A stretch of 64,000 bases of DNA from Octopus sinensis (lineage: Eukaryota): positions 41,478,001 through 41,542,000 of the forward strand of contig NC_043004.1 of assembly GCF_006345805.1 (NCBI RefSeq). Reading direction: 5' to 3'. The notes under the pieces are model-generated. The model was not told where the DNA came from and did not search any database. It saw nothing but the letters and a program-made list of their open reading frames with translations. Every line of letters begins with the position of its first letter. Within the stretch, counting starts at the first letter, position 1. Both the position numbers and the translations under genes were made by a program. Positions 52,301 to 64,000 of this stretch are shown piece after piece.

Positions 52301-54249
52301 CACAAGCCAAATAAACGTGGCCAGAGGACTCTCTCTAGGACCTGCTTCCCGAAGATTCCCCATTTTAACATGATGATCACCTCTACTACACGTAAGGCCA
52401 CTCATAGGGAACGCCCCACCAAGCTCCGGCAGTGAGTTGTGGCGAATCCTGCCCTACTCTTTCACCACAGCTTTTCCTCAATCTTTCTTTCTGTTTCTGT
52501 TGTCACACTCTATGACACTCTGAATCTCCCCGAGAACTACGTTAAGGGTACACGTGTCTGTGGAGTGCTCAGCCACTTGCACGTTAATTTCACAAGCAGG
52601 CTGTTCCGTTGATCGGATCAATTAGAACCCTCGTCGTGGTTACCGACAAAGTGCCACCACGTACTCGTAACGTAGCCATTCGGCAAGAGAGAACGATAGA
52701 ATAAGTAGCAGTACTTAAAAAAAGAAAATGTACTGGAGTCGATTCATTCGATTGAAAATACTTCAAAGCGGTGTTCCAGCATGGCCACAGTCTAATGACC
52801 AATACAAGTAAAAGATAAAAGATCAACGATAAAGTTGTTCATCTTCCGGGTTAGTTGCCTTCTCCGGGTTTAGAGAAATGCACATTCGAGTACTAAACTG
52901 GAAATTTCTAAGATCTCGCGGCGCATGCATATGTATTTATGTATACCATGCAACTGGATGACCATTGACTCATCGAATTTTATTTCTCCTTTGACGAGTC
53001 TTGTTTTTAATCCATCTGAGCGAAAACACCTAAAGCTCCACAAGGCTCCGGCAGGGGATGGTGGCGATCCCTGCTGTACTCTTTCACCACAACTTTCTCT
53101 CACTCTTACTTCCTGTTTCTGTTGTACCTGTATTTCAAAGGGCCGGCCTTGTCACTCTCTGTGTCACGCTGAATATCCCCGAGAACTACGTTAAGAGTAC
53201 ACGTGTCTGTGGAGTGCTCAGCCACTTACACGTTAATTTCACGAGCAAGCTGTTCCGTTGATTCGGATCAACCGGAACCCTCATCGTCGTAACCGACGGA
53301 GTGCTTCCATCCCATTAATCCAACAGGGCATACAAAAACCTCACCCTACTTCTCAAGCAGGCGTGGTGGTACTGCCGGTTTAATCGCCAATAGCCCGGTG
53401 ATGGGTTACATGTTACGAATTCAAAAGCGATCCGATCAATTCGTAGTCGATCACACCGTTGCCAAATCAATTCGTCATCCAAGTCAGAATGTTATCAGCT
53501 TACTCAAATTCCATTTCATTTTAGTTTCAGTTATTACAATTTTTTCGCTTTTGTTTCCGTTGAATTTTTTCTTAACTGGGTCGAGTGAAAATAAGTGTCG
53601 AATGAAATCGATGCTGCGAGTAATTCTTGATGTGTCGATTGTGCATCACGTAATTGAATCGGTTTTGTATAACGTGATGTAAATAAACGAAGATGATGGT
53701 TCTTGATCCCTAGGAGCGATGAGAATAACTCGGATATCGAAATCATTTAATTCCGTCATGAAGGATAAGTAGATTACTACTACGAGTCCTAACAAGTGCT
53801 AAACTGTAAAAAAAAAAAAAAAAAAAAAAAATCTATCAAGACGAAACGAGTAAAAAGAAGCGCTGCAGAAATATGAAGAGGGGCATTAGGAATGTAAAAG
53901 ATAATTGCAATTCTTAAAAAAATTATTTCTTGAAAGTGAAAGCAGTTTAAAATCTAAAATTTTAAAACCCATTCTCTTTTAATATTGATTTTAGATTTAC
54001 GTTGTTATTGTTTTCATGTGATCTTGATAAATTTTAAAATAAATACTTCGAATTGCTAAACCTTGATTTATTTATACGAATACGTATTGTTTATGTTACA
54101 TCAATATTCTGGTTGTGTTAATTTACGTATATTTCCTTTTGGCATGGTTAGTAAAATGAAAAACAAAAAACAAAAAAACAAAACAAAAAACCAAGAAAAC
54201 GACAAAAAATGCAATTTTTACTAAAGGAATGATTTTATGTTAATACTTT

Positions 54250-54620
54250 CGTTGTTTCCTCATTTTTTCTTTCTTTCGCCATTTTTTCCTCATTTTTTTG
54301 TTGTTTCGCCATTTTTTCCTCATTTTTTTCTTTCTTTCGCCATTTTTTCCTCATTTTTTCTTTCTTTCGCCATTTTTTCCTCATTTTTTCGTTGTTTCGC
54401 CATTTTTTCCTCATTTTTTCGTTGCTTCGCCATTTTTTCCTCATTTTTTCTTTCTTTCGCCATTTTTTCCTCATTTATTCGTTGTTTCGCCATTTTTTCC
54501 TCATTTTTTCGTTGCTTCGCCTTTGTTTCGTTGTTTCCTCCTTTTTCCGTTCTTTCGCCATTTTTTGTTGTTTCCTCATTTTCTCGTTGTTTCACCATTT
54601 TTTTCGTTGTTTCATTCCAT
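54250..54620. repeat. 30-bp minisatellite (TTCGCCATTTTTTCCTCATTTTTTCGTTGT-like), about 9 copies
   Basis: Direct periodicity. Confidence 0.92.
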
Positions 54621-55051
54621 TCGAACTTCTGTCATTCATTACATCTTAGTGCTAACAAAGAGAGAATAATTTTACACAGTAATGTCATAACGCATTTTAT
54701 GCTGACGATAAAATGACTGGCGACATATTGACTGACGAATTCACTGGATGGCATAGACCCATATCTATATCTAGAACACTATATCGACCATACCATTGGA
54801 TGTTGCTACACACCACTGGTCACAATGTGGTTCCTCGCATTGTTGTAACTTTCGATCAAGCCAACGTTCCTCCTGAACGGAATGCCAGTACGTACACGGA
54901 AACAGGGTTACCCGTTTATAACGGAGAAGACTGGATCTAGATGAAATGAAGTGTTTTGATCAAGTATACAACGCACCACCGGTCTGCGAATCGAAGCCAC
55001 GATCATGAGTGCAATATTCTAAAGACTAGGCTACGCGCCTTCACACACACA

Positions 55052-55088
<37 letters not shown>

Positions 55089-55440
55089 ACACACACAACA
55101 CACACACACACACGCACACACACGCACACACACACACACGCACACACACACGCACACACACACGCACGCACACACACACACACACACGCACACACACACG
55201 CACACACACACACACACGCACACGCACACGCACACACACACACACACACGCACACACACACACACACACGCACACACACACGCATACACACACACACACA
55301 CGCACACACACAGGCACACACATGTATATATATATTCATATAACGGGAAGCTTTACGAAAATAAACAAAAGACGAAGGCAGGTGGAGTACAAACAAACAA
55401 TTGTATTAGTATAGCGCTCAGGAATAGAAATAAAACAAGT

Positions 55441-55476
55441 CTTTTACGTTTCGAGCCTACGCTCTTCAACAGAAAG
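55441..55476 (-). ncRNA. Minimal type I hammerhead ribozyme motif (A6U core variant)
   Basis: CTTT-CTGTTGA-A-GAGC(GTAG)GCTC-GAAAC-GT-A-AAAG. Perfect stems I and II, GUA triplet. Confidence 0.6.
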
Positions 55477-56349
55477 ATACACAGAAAAGAAATACGGAGA
55501 GAAACAAGGAGAGAAGAAAATGCATGCAGGAGCTAACGATTCAACATGGCGGTCTGATTCCGGCCAGAAGTCAGAGATCAGACGTTAGACGCAAGAGGGA
55601 TAGTAGGGGAGATAACAGGGTCAAGTGACCTCGCCCCAACATAAGGGTGCGTGTGTGTATGAGAGAGTATGTATGTGCGTATGAAAGGTCTGGACGTGTG
55701 TATGATGTGATGTGTAATGTCGTATGGTGTAGTGTAGTGTCGTATGGTGTAGTGTAGTGTAGTGTGGTGTGATGTTGTGAGGAGGTGGGGAAAGCCCATG
55801 TGGGGTGGGGTTCGGTTGGGGGTTGGGGTAGAGTGGGGGTTGGGGGGAGTGAAGGGGGAGAGAAGAGAGAGGAGTGGAGGGGGAAGAGAGATGAGGGGGA
55901 GGGGAGAGAGGAGACGAGGGGGAGAGGTGAGGGGGAGAGGGGAGGAGGAGGGAGGAGAGATGAGGGGGAGGGGAGAGATGAGATGAGATGAGATGAGGGG
56001 GTGAGGGGGGAGAAGGAAAGAGAGGAACACATATGTATATATGCTTGTGTGTATAAATATATACATGTGTGTGAGTGTGTGTGTATATGCGTGAGTCTGC
56101 ACGCGTGCGTGCTTATGTATGTGATAAAAATCGGCTCAGTAACGAGTAAGATCAATGATTGCTAATGGACTGCAATGCAAAGCTAACCCTTTGCCCCAGC
56201 TAATGATTCTATATAGCTTCCATCACAAAGTATCTCATAAACGTCTCTTTCCAGTTAAATGCAGCGCATAATTTTCAGCATTTCGAACGTCTTAGCGACG
56301 ATAAATGAAATTGAACACAACTCAGGAGTGGGTCCCATTAGATTCATCA

Positions 56350-57650
<1,301 letters not shown>

Positions 57651-57899
57651 AGATCCAGATGACATTATAGCTTTATTCTCTACATTGTCTTTTTTTTGCT
57701 ATAGTAAATAAATCATTATGAGAATTGAAGCAATTCAAAGGCCAAACACAAAAATTAATTTACAAACAATCAATTAAACAAATAGATAAACAAATTGGTG
57801 CAACGTGGCTGTATAGTTAAGAGGTTTGCTTCCCATCAATTTATACAATGTAGAAAATATCACATCAGCATTGCCCAAACGTTATAGAAACAAGTTTGA

Positions 57900-59205
57900 A
57901 AATTCCTCAAGGTTGGTTTCGGAGCCACACGCAACTTATTACAACTGAGTGCACATCATATGCACAACTTCCGTGCTATATGCAGCTTATTACAATTGCG
58001 GCACTTCAGTAGAGTAAATGAAGAGAACATGAGCGAAGAGAACTCAGAATGGCTTGTGTATTTGAACAATAAATACATTAAATACCACACAACAATATAT
58101 AACTTATCGCAATTATCCTTGCTTTCGGGGATGGTAGGAAATAATGTAAAAAAACCAAGAATTTTTCAAAACTGACTGACATGTCATCAAGGAAAAGATA
58201 GTCTGATTATTTGGAGATAAGAGGACGGCCGTTTCCATGAGTTTCTGCCTCAATGGGCCTTATTAGTACAGCAGTACTTCTACCTTCTTCCAAGAAAATA
58301 GGACACTATATATATATATATATATATATATACCAAAAATGTGACCGTGTGTGTACCGTTGGCGATTTTTTTCCCTCTGTCTTCCCTTCTCTGGATCTTT
58401 CCTTCTCCTATGTTTCCGACGAAGAGCTCCGTTCGAAACGTTAAACCCTCCTTCTTTCCTGAGCATCCTGAGCATCCTGAGCGTAATTGATTAACATATA
58501 TATATATGTTAATCAATTACAAAGAAGTCGTCTAGAGTGTCTACGTAACTGAAAATCCATTATATACATAAAGAGGAAATTTTGTGTGTATATTTAGAGT
58601 TGAATTGCTGATGTAACCATAATGTTCCGGTGATACAAGCATACTCTTAGATTCATGCTGGCCAAGGTACAAAAAATATTTCCTCAACCCTGGGTGTTTG
58701 TGCATGTGTGGTAATGACATTTTAGATCTGTATTTACTAATAACACCAGAACTCATCTACAATGTGCAAGTGAAGCCAACTTCTTTTGCCCATAACAAAA
58801 ACGGAATTAATAATATAAGGTACAAAGGATGCTGTCGCTTTGCACCTCGGTAGAACCATTGAAATTCTGTCCAACCTCTTCTCTCCGTTAGGCTCACTGG
58901 AAATCGATTGCAAAAAAAAATCTCTAGGAAGGCTAACTCTGTAATCTCACTATCCATGGCAATGACATGAAACTAAAGTAATTTATGTTAATAATGCAAG
59001 CCATGTGTATTAAATTTGTTCCAGAGAGATAGGCCAGCATTCACGAAAATGCTGATGACTTTAAGAACAAAGGTTTCCCCCAAAGCATTTAGTTGAACAA
59101 ATCACAGACTGCGAAAAATTCTACTTAAAAAGGACGCTTTCAGAGATCAGTAATAAAATAAAATTACTTCCAGGAAAAGGAGAGAGATGTAATATGTGTG
59201 TGTGT

Positions 59206-59267
<62 letters not shown>

Positions 59268-60500
59268 AAGAGAGGCAGATAGAAGGAGAGAGAAAGCTGA
59301 TAAAAATACCAGCGTTATTAAAAACGTAAAAACGAACCCTTAAATTTCCTAAAAATTCGCCATGAATCAGCTTCATTGCTTTAAAAAATAGGACCTTTGT
59401 TCTAAGGAAGGAGTTCAATGACTGTAGACTACAAAAGGATAAGTGATATAATGAATAAACAATTTAAAATTGCATCTATTACATCGATGAGACGTATGTA
59501 AGGAAATAAATTAGATTAGATCTTTAACATTGCAATTCTTCATTGAGGAGTAACAACTCTCGGTTCATCGATGTAAAGGAGGATGTAATATTGTCCATAG
59601 ATAAACCCAACTTAAACTAAGCAATAAGGGCCATAATAGGTTGCCGACATTTCTTTGTAAACATGTTAAAAAACTAAAGATAAAGGACAAAATACTTAAA
59701 TACTTTTCAGATGTTTTCTGCATGTTTAAGCTCACCCCATTCTTGCAATGTCTTTTATTCATGGGAGAGAAATAGAGCAGATGCTAAAACTTATAAATCT
59801 GTTTGTATGACTTTACGTCTCAGCAAAGTCATGGAACGTATTATCACAAAGAAGTTATGTTCTTAGAGCAAAATGACTTGCTAACCAATTCTTGTTAGGG
59901 TCTCCATATAAAGAGATTCTGACTCAGACTACTTGAACATCATAACAGCAGGGCACGGAAACAGTAGCTTAACCATTTAATTGTAGAGGTGATATATGCA
60001 TGCTTTGCGAAGATCTCCGGAAAAGTTGATCAGGGAAAGATCGATATTCACAGGCTATGTGATTTCGGCATAGTTGGAAAAGAGATTGGCTGTATGGCTT
60101 TTAAAAGAACAGAAGTCACGCTGTTGTAGCCGATGGTACTGTTTCAGATGACAGCGAGAAAGAACTGCAGAAACAAACATGAATAAATTCCTGTTGTAAT
60201 TGTAATCTCAGATATGCTTTCGGTAACACGAACACGGGCTGACTCATATTACATGTGCAGATAATGCAAAAAGTATCAAAGACAAACAGGAGCCCCGACG
60301 GTGCCAGAAGACCGTAACGCAATATAAGAATGGTTTGAGGAAAACAATACCATATTAGAAACCGACATTCATAGACTTCGTTATCAACTTCCCAGTATAT
60401 TGCAATTTGGATGCACTGGACTTTGAGGAAGCACTGACGGGTTCGGTGCCATAGCTTGGTACGACGAGGAAATGTTTATACTATAGTCTCGGGTGAACTT
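57900..60500 (+). mobile_element. Long, highly decayed CR1/L2-type LINE (endonuclease and RT relics)
   Basis: LDL....PELIYNVQVKPT (APE end) near 58730; SKVMERII and VIY..FAK..KVD relics at 59750-60060; boundaries approximate. Confidence 0.55.
58412..58446 (+). ncRNA. Minimal type I hammerhead ribozyme motif in a (TA)n-flanked unit (~58330-58496), same family as 26297-26331
   Basis: GTTT-CCGACGA-A-GAGC(TCC)GTTC-GAAAC-GT-T-AAAC. Perfect 4-bp stem I, GUU triplet. Confidence 0.7.
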
Positions 60501-60692
60501 GATCCTTGTAGACGAAATTGAGCCGATGGAAACAGCATAGGAACCCATCGGATTGACTGTACTTGTAATTCAAAGGTCAAACCCTATTCTATTGAATCCA
60601 CTTCAGAATTTCATTAATGGTACACGTGTTTACGGAATACTCAGTCACTTCGGACGCTAATTCGATCAGTTGGTTGTTTATTTGATCGAACG

Positions 60693-60792
60693 NNNNNNNN
60701 NNNNNNNNNNNNNNNNNNNNNNNNNNNNNNNNNNNNNNNNNNNNNNNNNNNNNNNNNNNNNNNNNNNNNNNNNNNNNNNNNNNNNNNNNNNN
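60693..60792. other. Assembly gap (100 N)
   Basis: Run of N. Confidence 1.
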
Positions 60793-61004
60793 TTTTTAAT
60801 TTTTATCTCCGGCTATCAAATTAATTGAAACGAATACTCTCAATTTCAAATCTGCAGACGACACTGTGTTCGTTGCTGTTAAACCCCAAGTCAACTCTGA
60901 ATGAGTAGATCTATAATCAAAGGCGTTCGAGCAGTGAAAAAGTTCTCTTTTTTTTTAAGGTTATGTATGACTGCATTCTAACATGAGAAAGAGGTGGCAA
61001 AATC

Positions 61005-61425
61005 GGATCTTTTCGGTTTGAACGGCAGTTTTTAACATAATTTCTAGGTAACTAAAAAATTTTAAACTTCGTATACTTGTAGAATGTGTTTATAAAACAT
61101 CTTTTTCTCTTGGCTTTATTGAGAAAATTCTATAGTTTGTAAGATATTTGGTCTTTAATTTCTTGCATTTCGGCAATTTCAACCAATCAATGACCGTCAA
61201 TTGAGGTGAAAACAATCTGTGCCGTATGAATATGTCCCTCGTTTAAGAAACAGATTGGGTTTATTTACATTTGTGAAGAAAAAAAGATACCCTTCCCCCC
61301 ACCCCTAACCAACCCTAACCCTAAAACAGATTGAAATGCAATAGATCGATACTAGGGTCATAATTATGGGTGACAATTTCATAGGACACCGCTAGAAAAA
61401 ACTGCCGTTCAAACCGAAAAGATCT
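61005..61425. mobile_element. GGATC MITE, 8-bp TSD GCAAAATC
   Basis: TSD at 60997-61004 and 61426-61433. Confidence 0.95.
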
Positions 61426-61632
61426 GCAAAATCTACTGGATTGTCTTCAGCAACGATTCTCAAATTGGGCGGTGGAAAATTTATGAGTGCTGAAAATAAA
61501 AGGAGCAGCGTTGTTGTTGATTGATGCATCTGTACAGTTTTAATGAATTTTTATCACCTATTTGAATATATTAATTTTAATTTCGAAATGGGAAGTAGTA
61601 AACACACAAACCCGAGTAGATATCACCTATAT

Positions 61633-62040
61633 AGGCGCAGGAGTGGCTGTGTGGTAAGTAGCTTGCTAACCAGCCACATGGTTCCGGGTTCAGTTCCACT
61701 GCGTGGCATCTTGGGCAAGTGTCTTCTGCTATAGCCCCGGGCCGACCAATGCCTTGTGAGTGGATTTGGTAGACGGAAACTGAAAGAAGCCTGTCGTATA
61801 TATGTATATATGTATATATATGTATATGTGTGTGTGTGTTTGTATGTCTGTGTTTGTCCCCCTAGCATAGCTTGACAACCGATGCTGGTGTGTTTACGTC
61901 CCCGTAACTTAGCGGTTCGGCAAAAGAGACCGATAGAATAAGTACTGGGCTTACAAAGAATAAGTCCCGGGGTCGATTTGCTCGACTAAAGGCGGTGCCC
62001 CAGCATGGCCGCAGTCAAATGACTGAAACAAGTAAAAGAA
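61633..62040 (+). mobile_element. Family A SINE, full length
   Basis: AGGCGCAGGAGTGGCTGTGTGG head through the GAAACAAGTAAAAGA tail. Confidence 0.92.
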
Positions 62041-62599
62041 TATATATTGTATAGAGGGATGATATGACAAGTAGTCACCCATGTCAATGTAGTACCGAAG
62101 GCTAAACTATTTTAGTCTATTACATTAAAAGTAGAGTGTGGTGTTGAATCGTAAGAAGGAGGCATTGAAAAAAGTGCTTGTAAAAGAAAATGGGGTGGCG
62201 ATTGTTAAACAAGTTTGAGAAGCACTGGTCTTCAATTTGTTTGTGACAGCTGGACCAGGGATGTATTAGTTGACATGCAGTCAACTCTAGTAGGATGAAC
62301 ACACAGTTGAAAGGCAAAGCTATTTAGACGAATGCATTTAATTCAGTGTTCTGCTGTCTACACAAATTCGGGTTTCGAGGAAATGCAGCGTGACGTTTTA
62401 GAATTTTCCAATGTATTAACAGCTTTAGGGAAAATGAAGTTATTGCAGGTGATCGTTGAAAGTATCGGCTACCCGTGATCTTAACCGCTATTGTACCTCG
62501 CCCTCTGCAGCCAGAAATATCGACCAATCCAATCCGATGAAATTGATATTGGAATTATGTTTTACGTAAGTCTAAACACTCAGATTACATTTTAATTTT

Positions 62600-62915
62600 T
62601 TTTTTGCGCCCTTTTCAAGCCTAGCCAGGCTCATGGGCCCGTTTTCCCGGTTTCTGTGGCGTATGTGTCCCTCTCCCCGCCAGCTGGACGGGACGCCAGT
62701 CCATCGCAGCGTTACTCAAGATACAGGAAGAAAGAGTGAGAGAAAGTTGTGGCGAAAGAGTACAACAGGGGTCGCCACCACCTCCTGCCGGAGCCTCGTG
62801 GAGCTTTTAGGTGTTTTCGCTCAATAAACACACACAACGCCCGGTCTGGGAATCGAAACCGCGATCCTCATACCGCGAGTCCGCTGCCCTAAACACTGGG
62901 CCATTACGCCTCCAC
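62600..62915 (-). mobile_element. Family C/D SINE with a type-1-like tail
   Basis: tRNA head at 62915 and shared core. Confidence 0.85.
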
Positions 62916-64000
62916 TCAGATTACACAGAAGTGACAAAATGTTTCATAGATGTTGCGAACGGTTCAATCTGTGGGTCAAGACATAATTGTTGATTCAGTT
63001 GCTGGCCAAATATATACATCCGTACTATGGTGAACAGTAGTAGTTGTGAAAACTGATTTCTTTCGCCAAAGCAGACATTTTCATTATTGCAAAGGGCGGC
63101 AGAGGGTCAGAGATGAAACATAAAAAAGTCAGTGATTTTCTAATCATAAACATAATGATGCGTCGAGTTAGTTCTGGATATTACAACCCATTGCACAGTG
63201 CACGCCCCTCGATGCTATAAATAACACTTTTTGCAACTAGAGAAAATAATGTCAATTTAAACAGTCTTGATATCTGGCTTCTCGATTTATTTTATCCTTT
63301 CGACCCCAGCAGGATGTATTACAAAAGTAAGCCATGATGAGCTTTAATTTAGAATGTAAAGGGACATAATCAATACTGTATGGTATTTAATTCATTTTTC
63401 TATCGTTTCTGTTACTGTTCTAAAAATCAAATGGACTACATTTTCCTTGTGGAAAATATTCTAAATATCACAGCTTTTGCGTAATGATTTGTAATAATGT
63501 ACTACAGCGTTTGCATCAATTGATGTTATTATCACGGTTATAAATCTCTGCCTGTCATGTTTTTGTCGTGTTATTGTAATTAATGATCAAATATAAAAGT
63601 TTATACTGTCAGATAAAATAGTGCTTTTTATATTGATTTAAACCTCATTTACATTTAATTTAATCCATTAATTCATGTCAACTAAATGCACATAAAGCTT
63701 ACACTATTACGAGATTGGAGATTAATTATCATACAGATTTCCCATTAAGCCCACAATTTGGATCAAAAATAATTTGGCGTCATGTGTACTACTAAAACCA
63801 TTCATTTATATAGCTACCATTTGGTTTGAATTTTTCTCCCAAACGGCAAAACCTCTAGAATTTTCAAAAACAACCTAACCTCTACATCTTAATAAGGAGT
63901 CTCCCCAAAAGTCGTTATTAATATTACAAAGCTTCGCCTTTAGAAACACGCGACTAAGATATCGTTGTTGACAAACAACTGTGTAACAAAACGAATACGA

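Noticed and set aside
55571-56155. 194-aa Pro/Ser/Leu-rich ORF
   Set aside because: Derived from low-complexity GA-rich and GTGTA repeats.

Overview
AT-rich, microsatellite-dense animal genomic DNA whose repeat families look cephalopod, most likely Octopus (inferred, not searched). Two spliced + strand protein-coding genes could be rebuilt by hand with phase-consistent GT-AG introns. (1) TACO1/YebC-family mitochondrial translational activator: four exons (3505-3614, 7172-7308, 15158-15326, 16812-17015); the N-terminal exon was not found and probably lies upstream of the window. (2) A complete, divergent, signal-peptide-bearing PEBP4-like gene of about 225 aa (22085-22282, 25933-26061, 29429-29477, 33261-33562). 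The rest is a nested mosaic of mobile elements: several tRNA-derived SINE families, a ~420-bp GGATC...GATCC MITE with 8-bp TSDs, piggyBac-type, Tc1/mariner-type and Merlin/MULE-type MITEs, three non-autonomous Helitrons, and decayed CR1/L2, RTE, L1/Tx1, Penelope and mariner relics. The most notable signal is a set of short (~200 bp) units next to (TA)n tracts that carry minimal type I hammerhead-ribozyme motifs with palindromic stem III (9984-10044, 26297-26331, 32828-32872, 55441-55476, 58412-58446). These look like Penelope solo-pLTRs or retrozyme-like elements, and one lies in sense orientation inside a PEBP4-like intron. Almost all long ORFs in the supplied track are microsatellite artefacts. 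There is a 100-N gap at 60693-60792.
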